The notes under the pieces are model-generated. The model saw only the letters and a program-made list of their open reading frames with translations. It made no database searches and had not been told where the DNA came from. Positions 26,182-38,002 of a DNA stretch of 64,000 nucleotides are shown in pieces. Positions within the stretch are counted from its first letter, which is position 1. The number at the start of each line of letters is the position of its first letter. Both the position numbers and the translations under genes were made by a program. This DNA is from Macrostomum lignano. Lineage: Eukaryota. The stretch spans positions 372,001 through 436,000 of the forward strand of contig NIVC01000297.1 of NCBI GenBank assembly GCA_002269645.1, in the 5' to 3' direction.

Positions 26182-26429
26182 GTTTGTTTGTTTGCATGCA
26201 AATAAAAGAAGAAATGCTTTCATTAGTTTGAAGTGATGTTTCTTGGAAAAAATTCCTAAAAGCTTTGCGCAAAATACACTGGCTATAGAAATTCCTTTTC
26301 TTTCAGCAAAAATAGCACCACTTTCTATTTTCACTTTCAGGTATGACTTGCCTGTCTTATTGTCACTAAAACCTATTTTGCTAACCAATTACTAGCAATA
26401 GTAAAAATCGTGTGCATTTTTACCTGCAC

Positions 26430-26945
26430 AATGAGAATCATCCTCCGATGAGATCTCACACCATAAGAATCATTCTCCGGTGAGATCCCACACCATAAGA
26501 ATCATTCTCCGGTGAGATCCCACACCATAAGAATCATTCTCCGGTGAGATCTCACACCATGAGAATCAGCATCCAACGAGATTTCACACCATGAAAATCA
26601 ACATCCAATGAGACCTCGCACCACGAGAATCAGCATCCAATGAGATCTCACACCATGAGAATCAGCATCCAATGAGATCTCACACCATGAAAATCAACAT
26701 CCAATGAGACCTCGCACCACGAGAATCAGCATCCAATGAGATCTCACACCATGAGAATCATCTACCGAAGAGATCTTACACCATGAGAATCAGCATTCAA
26801 TGAGATCTCACACCATGAGAATCAGCATCCAATGAAATCTCACACAATGAGAATCAGCATCCAATGAGATCTCACACCATGAGAATCAGCATCCAATGAG
26901 ATCTCACACCATGAGAATCATCCACCGATGAGATCTCACACCAAA
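26430..26945. repeat. 32-bp minisatellite upstream of R4
   Basis: tgagatctcacaccatgagaatcagcatccaa. Confidence 0.92.
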
Positions 26946-27782
26946 ACTCCAATGTTCTTCAAATTAATAATTAATAAACACGATAAACACATCACGAATG
27001 ATAGTAATTTGGTTGCTGCTCATGCACGACTGGATAGATATATTTATTTATTATTTGATAAGTATAAAATAATAATTTGCGATAATACTTTCCAGATTAT
27101 GAGTTGTTTAAAACACTGGAAGTAATAAAACAGTAAAAAGAGGAAAGTGTTGCTTGTGTCAGTTTTGTTAAAATAGGGAATGACATCTTAAGGCAGTTTC
27201 ATACGGATAACGTGGTCTACATAATTTAGGTAACTTGATCTTTAAAGTGCTTAACTTTAATAATATCGTAGGTAATTCATAGAAGAATTTTGATTAACAT
27301 TTATTACTTTATTCACTTATTTTGAGACTCTATATATAAGCTATTTTATGCAGAAAAAACAATAAAGGCAGAAAAAGAAAGAAACGTGATAAAATAAAAT
27401 CAAAAAATATAACTAAATGTACTTGCGTAATGAGTGCACAACCAACTCAGCTTTGTGATTGTAGAAAAAATCAACTCAAAATATTTTCATGTTAAAGTAA
27501 TTACACTATTAAAGTTTTAAAGTTAAAAAATATTTTTATAGGAAGCGGCGCAAACTGCATTGTAAAAAATCGAGTACATTATACGCTCGTACCGGTAAAA
27601 GACAGATCGGAACAAAAATATTTACTACTAGTAAATCTGTAAGCGTAAGTGTACAATTTTTTATCTAAAAGAAAATATTGTTTTTGCACATCGAAAACAA
27701 TTTTTAAGGTACAAGCCATGTTGGGTTTCTCATGGTCGTAAAGTTATGGAATGTGAAAGAAGTCAACGTTATTTTAATAAAT

Positions 27783-28847
27783 CTACACTTCGGTACTTAA
27801 CATGATTTCATCAGAATCCAGTTGTAACTTTATGTTAGATGACTCATCGCCGCCATTCCTTTGAAGATCATTAGATGACAGCATGTTAGATGACTCATCA
27901 CCGCCATTCCTTTGATTATCATCAGACGGCATCAAGTTGTCTAGCTCATTCTTCGGCAACTCACTAGTGGAAGATGGAGTTCTCTTACGGTTGCCAGAGG
28001 AGCGCTGCAGGCTGTTGGTAGACAGACTTGAAGCCTGTTTCAGCTTCTGTTGAAATTTCTGCTTCTGTTTATTGTTCTTCCACCATTGATAGTAGAAGAC
28101 TAGGATAGCAATCAGGATGGCAGTGAGAAGGATCACTATTGGTACCATCAAACCAATCAGTATCTTTGCGTAGAGCGGAATGGCAGATTTATCGGCAGTG
28201 CCAGCAGATTTATCGGCAGTACCAGCAGATTTATCGGCAGTACCAGCAGATTTATCGGCAGTACCAGCAGATTTATCGGCAGTACCAGCAGATTTATCGG
28301 CAGTGCCAGCAGATTTATCGGCAGTTCCAGCAGATTTATCGGCAGTACCAGCAGATTTATCGGCAGTACCAGCAGATTTATCGGCAGTGCCAGCAGATTT
28401 ATCGGCAGTTCCAGCAGATTTATCGGCAGTACCAGCAGATTTATCGGCAGTTCCAGCAAATTTATCGGCAGTCTCAGCAGATTTATCGGCAGTACTAGCA
28501 GATTTATCAATACTACCAGATGGTTTCGCAGTACTACCAATAGGTTTATTAGCAGCGGCTTCAGCTGGTTCAACAGAGGCCTCGATGTTTCCAGCCATCC
28601 GCGGCTGCAGCTCATCCAAGGTGAACTTGCAGTATTTGCGGACAAAGGTCCGCCTGCACTCGTGCCTCACTGTGGGATTGCTGCGGCACCGGTCAAGAGT
28701 AGGACACAGTTTGCAGTCATGGGTGCTCATGTCAGGGTATCTGCCTGGCTCACATTTTGGAGGCCAATCGCCCATGGTTCTGGCCTCTGGGTTGATGGAA
28801 AACCACAACGGTACAATCACAGCCAGAGAAAGCAAACCTGCTTTCAT
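27783..28847 (-). CDS. R5: TNFR-like membrane protein, close paralog of R4
   Basis: MKAGLLSLAVIVPLWFS; CEPGRY..CKLCPTLDRC..; (GTADKSA)n stalk; TM; tail closely matches R4. Confidence 0.8.
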   Translation of the reverse strand: MKAGLLSLAVIVPLWFSINPEARTMGDWPPKCEPGRYPDMSTHDCKLCPTLDRCRSNPTVRHECRRTFVRKYCKFTLDELQPRMAGNIEASVEPAEAAANKPIGSTAKPSGSIDKSASTADKSAETADKFAGTADKSAGTADKSAGTADKSAGTADKSAGTADKSAGTADKSAGTADKSAGTADKSAGTADKSAGTADKSAGTADKSAGTADKSAGTADKSAIPLYAKILIGLMVPIVILLTAILIAILVFYYQWWKNNKQKQKFQQKLKQASSLSTNSLQRSSGNRKRTPSSTSELPKNELDNLMPSDDNQRNGGDESSNMLSSNDLQRNGGDESSNIKLQLDSDEIMLSTEV

Positions 28848-28984
28848 ATTTGCTTGCTGGCATGCAAATCAAAGAAGAAATGCTTGCATTATAGTGTGAA
28901 CTGATGTTTCTTGGAACATCTCTAAAAGCTTGACGCAAAATGCACTAGCTACACAAATTATTTTTCTTTTAGCAAAAAAGAACA

Positions 28985-29555
28985 TCATGAGAATCATCCT
29001 CCGATGAGATCTCACACCATGAGAATCATCCTCCGTTGAGATCCCACACCATGAGAATCCTCCTCCATTGAGATCCCACACCATGAGAAATGAGAATCCT
29101 CCTCCATTGAGATCCCACACCATGAGAAATGAGAATCCTCCTCCATTGAGATCCCACACCATGAGAAATGAGAATCCTCCTCCATTGAGATCCCACACCA
29201 TGAGAATCCTCCTCAATTGAGATCCCACACCATGAGAAATGAGAATCCTCTTCCATTGAGATCCAACACCATGAGAATCACCCTCCGATGAGATCCCACA
29301 CCATGAGAATCCTCCTCCATTGAGATCCCACACCATGAGAATTCTTCTCCATTGAGATCCCACACCATGAGAATCCTCCATTGAGATCCCACACCATGAT
29401 AATCCTCTTCCATTGAGATCCCACACCATGAGAATCCTCCATTGAGATCCTACACCATGAGAATCCTCCATTGAGATCCCACACCATGAGACTCATCCTC
29501 CGATGAGATCCTACATCCTGAGATTAAATCCTACAAGGAGATCTCACACCCTATC
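28985..29555. repeat. Minisatellite of about 32 bp upstream of R5
   Basis: tgagatcccacaccatgagaatcctcctccat. Confidence 0.92.
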
Positions 29556-30716
29556 GCTTATCCTTAATAAGAGGACATTTTACCGTGGGTCTTACAGATT
29601 CCTGCACTAAAGATTTCATAAAAAATTCGAATTCTAAAGTTTTAAATAGGCTAATTTAAAACTCCCAAGGTCAATCACGTTGAATAATAAACGCATAAAT
29701 ATTCAGATTACGAATGATGAAAAGATTATATATGCATTTGCTGGACTTAACAGATATATTTGTACATTTGTACTGCTACTGGTATATTAGTAAACAACAA
29801 CAACAAAATACGTTGTCAGTCAGTTGTCTACCGCCGCCAAAGAACAATAAAGACACAAAAAGACATTATTTATCGGACTAATAAAAAATAATAACTACAT
29901 GCACTTGTGAATTGTGTACGACAACCTCTGTAGTTTTAAGAATAAATATAGAATTGATTGAAAGTATCTATGGAATAGATTAGCAATCCACCCTATCAAG
30001 CAATTTATTTTATTGCTAAAATCATGTGATATATGTTTCTAATCAATAAAACAAAAACAAGTCGGTTTTCATCAAGAGTTGGAAAGCTTAGTTAATTAAA
30101 ACAAAGGCACCGAAACACCCGCACGCAAATTCGCAGATTGCAAAACAAGTAAAAAAATTGTAATAAAATTTCAGCTGGATAAAATAATTTGTTGATCTTG
30201 ATAGGATTGAAAGCTACACTAATACAAGATTGAATGAGCTAAAAAATAGCGCCAGAAAGAGCTATATGTTAAAATGCCAGTTATGAGAATGCAGTAAATA
30301 ATACAAAAAAATATAGTGTACGTATGCGCGTAAGTGTGTCAAAGTCCAATAAAATAATAGTGCACATAGATAAAAAACTCTAGGCAGATTATGACAGAAA
30401 TTCCACTATTTAATTACTGTTGTATTCTTTAAAAATAGTAGCAAATATTAGAAAAGTAAAAACAGGGGAAATTCGTAACAGAGAATGACTAACTGCACTA
30501 CTTATAGTAAAAATGTAAGGAATTCAGCTTATTGTAATTCGGGGCAAGCAAACAATAATAAATATTGCCATATTACTAACAGTAATAATATATCGGAAAC
30601 TTGTAAGCACGAAATCCATACTTGCTAAAAACAATTATAAAATGTATTAACAAGCACAAGCTACGATATCGAATATTAGGTCAAGTTATTAAGTAGTTTG
30701 GCTGTCACAATCAAAG

Positions 30717-31486
30717 TTATTTGGATAGAGATTCTTTGTCAACACCATCGGTATCTGTGGGGCCAGCTGTCTGCTCGTCCTTCGTCAGTAACTGGCTGAA
30801 AGAATTTTCGCCTTTAATAAACTTGCATTGCTTGTCTGCACTGGATTCAACTGCAGGTCGAGCATTTTTGCACAGTTTGTAAATAACACACGATAGGACG
30901 GCAATAGCGATTAAGGAAATGAATAAAAGGACAGCTAAAACGATTGTCCAAGGATCTACTCTGCTATCCTGGCAGGCTGCACCATTCTTTGATCCTTCGG
31001 TGGTATTGGGTTGCAGAGATTCTGCAGAGCTAGAATTATTGCTCACAGCAACACCACCAATGTCCGAGCTGCTACCTGGCGCATTCTCAGCGAGATTTGG
31101 CGCTTCAGTCACTGATTTACCAATTAGTGATGAGGCGTTTCTTCTTCGCCAGGAATCTGATGGACAGTTGCACTTGCAATCACATGCGGCACCTGTATTC
31201 ACATCAGAGGCATTGCCTGGCAGCTTGGCGCTACTGTTGAAATTATGAGCTGATGAAGCCGTCTCAGCATCTCGAGACTGGTTCCAAAATTCCTGACAGC
31301 CAGCTCTAATAATCTCCTGCTCGCACTGAGCTCGCCAAAATTTATGTTCTCCGATGCACTGCTGCCATGTTGGGCATTTATCACAGTTGTCAGTAGCGCC
31401 CTTATTGTGATAGGTGCCCAGTGGGCAGTTTTTTGACGGCAGCCCGGCAGTGAGACATGGCATGCCTGAATTATTTTTAACGACAT
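30717..31486 (-). CDS. R6: TNFR-like membrane protein with a frameshifted signal peptide (possible pseudogene)
   Basis: CRD closely matches R2; stalk/TM/tail closely match R9. The ATG homologous to R2 (31486) is out of frame; an in-frame ATG lies at 31463. Confidence 0.6.
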
Positions 31487-31894
31487 CTTGATCTGTAGCA
31501 AGATTGGTGAAGTCACTGAAATTATATGTAGAATTGAATAGATTAGCAATCCATTCTATTCTGCTTTGTATCAAAGGGAATAGATTAGCAATCCACTCCA
31601 TCAAACGTTTTTATTATTGCTAAATCATGTGCTATATTTCTAAGCAATAAAACAAAAACAAATCGGACTTTATCGAGTTGGAAAGCTTAGTTATTTAAAA
31701 CAAAGGCACACAAACGCACGGATTGAAAAACAGGTTAAAATGAGTAATTATGTGTATCAAACTGTTGGTAAGAAGGACAACTGTCTAACTTCAGCTGGAT
31801 ATAGCAAGTAGTTAATCGATAGACTTTAAAAGTACTAAAGTAAGACAAAAATATGAATAAACGATTGAATGAGCTTTGGTGAAGGTCAGTAAGA

Positions 31895-31895
31895 A

Positions 31896-31969
<74 letters not shown>

Positions 31970-31970
31970 G

Positions 31971-32041
<71 letters not shown>

Positions 32042-32042
32042 G

Positions 32043-32077
<35 letters not shown>

Positions 32078-32260
32078 GTGTGTGTGTGTGTCTGTCTGTC
32101 TGTCTGTCTGTGTGTCTGTCTGTCTGTCTGTGTGTGTGTGTCTGTCTGTGTGTCTGTCTGTCTGTCTGTCTATCTGTCTGTCTGTCTGTTTGTGTGTGTG
32201 TGTGTGTCTGTCTGTCTGTCTGTCTGTCTGTGTGTCTGTCTGTCTGTCTGTCTGTGTGTG

Positions 32261-32299
<39 letters not shown>

Positions 32300-32350
32300 G
32301 TGTGTGTGTGTGTGTGTCTGTCTGTCTGTCTGTGTGTGTGTGTGTGTGTG

Positions 32351-32389
<39 letters not shown>

Positions 32390-32406
32390 GTGTGTGTGTG
32401 TGTGTG

Positions 32407-32441
<35 letters not shown>

Positions 32442-32450
32442 GTGTGTGTG

Positions 32451-32493
<43 letters not shown>

Positions 32494-32536
32494 GTGTCTG
32501 TGTGTCTGTCTGTCTGTCTGTCTGTCTGTGTGTGTG

Positions 32537-32567
<31 letters not shown>

Positions 32568-32592
32568 GTGTCTGTGTGTCTGTGTGTGTGTG

Positions 32593-32689
<97 letters not shown>

Positions 32690-32690
32690 T
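31895..32690. repeat. (TCTG)n/(TG)n microsatellite
   Basis: Direct reading. Confidence 0.97.
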
Positions 32691-33826
32691 GTTGCCTGTA
32701 TTAACCACAGCATGCCCCAAATGAGACGCGGTATTTTTCTTCTAAAGAAAATCAATAACTAATAAAAACGATCAGAGAGAAGTTTTGTTTTAACGATTAC
32801 GACTTGTCAAAGACATATTTGCTTTGAGAATGTAAAGAATAAAATAAATAAAAGGCGTAGGTAGAATTTTGGCATTATAGTTTTTCTGCCATTATTAGTT
32901 AAAAATTCTGAAACAGCATGCTGTGTGTGCATCGCAGATAACTCTGCAAAATTTGAGAAAGATAAAATTCCAGATACGCAGAGTTATACTACTGAAGAAA
33001 CCAATCTATAGTACTGTATTGAATATTATATCACAAAAATGGCAGAGCTCTTAAGCTTCAGAAAGACAGGAAGGAGAATCTAAAAAATATTGAATTCGCA
33101 AACTAATAAAATATGAGTTGGCTACCAATATATACGTAACAACTCAGCACGGATGGATAAATTGTTATGCAATTATCAAGCAATGCGAAATTCTACCCAT
33201 TCCGCTGACTCTGCTGATACAAGCGCTAATGCGCCTAAGCCAGAACGTTACATAACTAAAAAAAAGTTATAGCACAATTAAAAATAGTCACTGTCAGAGT
33301 CAAGTAGAATCGGTGATCAACCAGCTGGCCGATCCAATCCAAACTTCAACGGTTTTTTTATTTTAATTCGTTTTACGAGTTCCGACGCTGAAAAAAGGTT
33401 TTTTATTTTAATTCGTTTTACGAGTTCCGACGCTGAAAAAAAATTTTTTTGTGCGCAATGCTGTGCTGGAGAAAGACTTTCACAACTTGAAAAAGGGAGA
33501 TACCACACCCTAAGAATCACACTCTACAGAGACCCCACATGCAGAGATTAATCATACAAGGAGATCCCACACTTGGATAAATGATTCGCTAGCATACCTT
33601 AAAACTTGAGAATTTTAGCGAAGAAACGTTTTCAACTACATGTATAGAAGACATTCAGGGCAGCTTTAATCAAGAATTTTTTTTCACTTACTTTGTTTCG
33701 TTTACCACTTCGAGTGCCACCACTTTTAGCAGAATTTGGTGACTGCCGCTCCTGCATAAGCAGTCCATTCTCGTCGTCATAATTGCCATTTTCATTATTC
33801 GCCGTAGATTTCTGTCTGTTCTTTAT

Positions 33827-34324
33827 TCAATTGCGAACATATTTATAAAGTTTGTGCAATAAAAACCCTGGCCCGATGATGGCAAGGATGGCGATGGCAA
33901 TCTGATATGGCAGAACATTTTCACAGTTGCAATCACATGCGACACCCGTAGTCATATCAGAGGCATCGCCAGCTAGTTTGGCGCTACTGTTGGAAGCCGT
34001 CCCAGCAGCTCGAGTGATGGCATTCATGCTTTGCAGAGACTCGCCCGCTTCTGCAGAGCCAGAATTACTGCTCACAGCAACATCACTGATGTCGGAGCTG
34101 CTACCTGACGACCAATAATCTGAGCAAGCGGACTTAATCAACGGCCTGTCGCACCTGGCTGCCCAGGCTCTGCCAAAGTCGCCGCGGCACTTCGATAAAC
34201 TTGGGCAGTCCTTGCAATTGCTGGCTCCCTCGCTGTCCCGATACTGGCCAGGGGGGCAGGCAGGCAGGGGAGCCGCCAGCATGGGCGACACCAGCGCCAA
34301 TGTTGTTGAAAGCGCCAGATGCAT
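33827..34324 (-). CDS. R7: TNFR-like membrane protein with a premature stop after the TM
   Basis: CRD nearly identical to R1; TM like R2; TGA at 33827-33829 where R2 has AGA, and an R2-like tail continues in frame past it. Confidence 0.7.
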   Translation of the reverse strand: MHLALSTTLALVSPMLAAPLPACPPGQYRDSEGASNCKDCPSLSKCRGDFGRAWAARCDRPLIKSACSDYWSSGSSSDISDVAVSSNSGSAEAGESLQSMNAITRAAGTASNSSAKLAGDASDMTTGVACDCNCENVLPYQIAIAILAIIGPGFLLHKLYKYVRN

Positions 34325-34374
34325 TGCGGTGGGTGGCTAAAATTTGATGGAGACTGTCTATGAATGCTTGTTTC

Positions 34375-34398
34375 CTGTGTCTGTCTGTCTGTCTTTCC

Positions 34399-34490
<92 letters not shown>

Positions 34491-34496
34491 TCTTAG

Positions 34497-34533
<37 letters not shown>

Positions 34534-34562
34534 TCTTATTGTCTGTCTGTCTGTCTTCTTAG

Positions 34563-34595
<33 letters not shown>

Positions 34596-34624
34596 TCTTA
34601 TTGTCTGTCTGTCTGTCTTCTTAG

Positions 34625-34665
<41 letters not shown>

Positions 34666-34671
34666 TCTTAG

Positions 34672-34752
<81 letters not shown>

Positions 34753-34781
34753 TCTTAGTGTCTGTCTGTCTGTCTTCTTAG

Positions 34782-34814
<33 letters not shown>

Positions 34815-34843
34815 TCTTATTGTCTGTCTGTCTGTCTTCTTAG

Positions 34844-34884
<41 letters not shown>

Positions 34885-34913
34885 TCTTAGTGTCTGTCTG
34901 TCTGTCTTCTTAG

Positions 34914-34970
<57 letters not shown>

Positions 34971-35062
34971 TCTTAGTGTCTGTCTGTCTGTCTTCTTAGT
35001 GTCTGTCTGTCTGTCTGTCTGTCTGTCTTCTTAGTGTCTGTCTGTCTGTCTGTCTGTCTGTC
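34375..35062. repeat. (TCTG)n with tcttagtg interruptions, upstream of R7
   Basis: Direct reading. Confidence 0.97.
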
Positions 35063-36107
35063 AGCAATCCATTCTGTTCTGATTTGTATCTAAGGGAATG
35101 AATTTGGTTATCTGTGATTTTGTTTGTCATTTCCTACAATCAGCAGATGAAACTTCTATCTTTGAAAGCAATAAATCAGAATTAAAAAATAAATAAAAGT
35201 TTCAAATAGCATTTATCTAATAGAATAAAACCTGTTTTACTTACAAATTACGAAGGAGTAAAAGTACGATGTTAATAATAGCTATAACTAAAAGAAGAGG
35301 CAATTTACGCTCGCACATATTTACATAGGGGTTTACTTGGAATCTAAAAATAGCTAGTAAAAATACGAGTACTAAAGCACATAAATAAGTAGGAAAATAT
35401 ACGATAAAAATGTATCAAAACAAAATATCCAAAATGTCTACTCTACGTATTGCAGTTAGTAATGAGGATCTTAGGGATTTTGTATATTGTGATTATCAAA
35501 TATATTAAATACTACTGTTGGCAAGGGGACAATATAAACTATGGGAAAAAGGCCAAATTGAATTATAATAATTAATTAATTACTTAAAATAACTGTTAAC
35601 AGCTAATAATAATAAAAATAATAACTGTTAGGAGAATGCTTAATTGTTGTTGTAAATTGTTAATTACTTATATAGAAAATCATTCAGTTCATTGCTGTAT
35701 ATTGGTCTCAGAGCCATTTCAAAGGTTCGTGCAATCGAATTTATGCGCAAACAAGTGAATGAAAAGTTACAGTGTTTTAAAAGTATTCACTGGATGCAAT
35801 GACACTTTGCCATTGGTCTGGAAGCTTCTAAATTCCGTTAATAGCCCCTAAAGTCACCAAGTTGTTTCAATAGACGGACTATCTCTGCAATCAGCTTGTC
35901 TAAGCAGTCAAAACGAGGACGATTCTATACTCAGCAACATTGAAAAGTCGCCACTCTATGTGCTCCAGTGAGCAGTTTCTCTTGGACTATTCTGAAATAA
36001 AAGATACGAGAAAACTGATCGGGGTAGCTTAAATCCATCCAACCCTCGCACACCGCTCCTCCACTCATTCCTCAACTCAAGTCTGCCGTGGCGTAGCTGG
36101 AGTTGCG

Positions 36108-36470
36108 TCACTCGCAAAGATTGAGAGACTTTACACCTGCACTCTCAAAAGTGGCGACCACAGACGGAATCTTCTGTGATGGCGACTTTTCGATGTTGCT
36201 GAGTATACATCTTCGGAAAAAGGTCGTAGTCACAGGGACGATCATGTCAGGTGAGTACGGTGGGTGGGGCAGCTTTTGCCTGCCTCCTTGGGTAGGACCT
36301 AATTGCAACTCCTGCACAATCTTGCTGGTGAGGGGGCTGGCATTGTCGTGCAGAAGGAGAATGCCATCGTCAAGGATCTTTTGGCGCTTTTGAGCAGTGC
36401 AGGGCGAAGATGCTGGATGATGAAGCACCTGTAGTAGTGTTAGTTGACAGTCAGGCCATCAGGCACATAG
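36108..36470 (-). mobile_element. Degenerate Tc1/mariner transposase fragment
   Basis: ILLLHDNASP and LPHPPYSPD match the mariner HDNARPH and PHPPYSPDL motifs; degenerate and partial. Confidence 0.8.
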
Positions 36471-36662
36471 TGAACTAGTAGCAGACAACTAACCTCATCT
36501 CACCCCTGTTCCACCTCAGCACCACAGGTCTGGTGCAGGGCTCAGCGGAGCTACGGGACAGCCAATCTGCATTTTGCAATTTCAAGTTGGGCTCGCACGA
36601 GCACTTCAATTATTTTACATTATTTAGTCTGTCTGGGCGATTTTACTGAAATTTGTTAAAAC

Positions 36663-38002
36663 TTAATTGCACGAACTTTTAGAATGACCATTAGCGGTTT
36701 TTGATGCTGAAATGTTTTTAAACATAACAAACAGGAATAAAACGCCAGCGATCGTCCAAGAAATAGATCTTTTTATCAATGCAGCTCCATCATTTTTTTG
36801 AGTCGTAACTTCATTTTTCCAAAAATCTGCGCAAGCAGACTTAATGGAAGCCCTGTCACACCTGGCTTCCCAGGCTTTGCAAGAGTCGCCGCGGCGGGTC
36901 GCCATCATAAGCGCGCACCGGCACAAGCGCGCCTGTGTATTTTATGTCAAAGTCTGGCACAGGCGCGCAGAGACATAAGCGCGCACGTTTTGACTTGCAC
37001 AAGAGCGCGGTAGAAAGTGCTCAGCATTGGCATAAGCGCGCACCATCACAAGACCGCACTGACATAAGCGCGCTGTCAGAGTTTGGCACAAGCGCGCACT
37101 TCTGGCTTTGTGTTGCAAAAGCGCGCAGTCAAGTTGCTCCATCGTCTGTCACAAAGTAGTCGATTGTATTTGTACGAATGAAATCGAATTGAAATCCTTT
37201 CGACCAGAAGATATTAGGCACGGTTCTGAATGTAGCCTGACTCAGACGACTCAGCATGTCAGGGTGAGCAAAGATGAGTCCATGGCCGTCATCAGCAGAT
37301 GATACACCACCCTGAATAATGATGACACTGTTGACACACCTGAAGCGGTCTGGAGCATCGCATATTGCTGCATACGCGTCGACAGCTGCTTTTGGAAGAG
37401 GTGGCAGCAGGCGTCTTCTTTGTCGATACATCGACGACTCCACTTCAGCAAATCCAATCCGATTGCCGACGGAGCTTGCCTGTGTCTCTCGGTCGAACAG
37501 ATCACGAAGGAATGAACTGCTCTCACCGGCCTTCCGCTTCAAATTGGCTCATAGCCGAAGTATTTCCTTCTCCTTTGAATCACCGTCGTGGTTGTGCGCG
37601 ATGAGTCTCAGCACACCATCCTTCTCGACGGCGCGTCCCGGACAGTTCTTGTTAGTGCAGCGATAGCTGACTGTCCCATTTCTAACTCTATCTTTCCGAT
37701 AAATGCAGACGCCGTGCGTATAGACTACTGAGCCGATTCTTTCCCCTTCGATTGGCTCCATTGTGTTTCAAACACTCCAACTGCGACTGAGACAGAGGTT
37801 GTCTTATTTATCTAAGTCGCAGTATCTATCGACAGTGTACATGCTTACAATTGTGCTGGCATTGGCACTGCGCTGGACTGGGGCAATTCTTGCAATCCAT
37901 AGCGCCCTCTTTGTCGCGGTAGTGGCCAGGCGGACAGGCAGGCAGTGGACCTGCCAGCCTCGGCAGCACCAGCGCCAGTGTGACTAATATTGCCAACCGC
38001 AT
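36663..38002 (-). pseudogene. R8: TNFR-like paralog split by a roughly 970-bp insertion
   Basis: 5' part MRLAILVTLALVLPRLAGPLPACPPGHYRDKEGAMDCKNCP (38002 to about 37864); 3' part RGDSCKAWEARCDRASIKSACADFW..TM (36895-36663). Confidence 0.75.
36896..37863 (-). mobile_element. Truncated Mutator-like (MULE) element with a FLYWCH-type transposase N-terminus
   Basis: YRC-x4-C..HNH Zn finger (37761-37549); in-frame TGA; then LPPLP and LIFA..TFRTVP..F motifs; repeated AAGCGCGC subterminal motifs at 36908-37130. Confidence 0.7.

Noticed and set aside
28180-28899. Plus-strand ORFs opposite R4/R5 (ADLSAVP repeats) and other antisense ORFs over R1, R6, R9, PARG and cysteine synthase
   Set aside because: Antisense shadows of minus-strand coding sequence or repeats.
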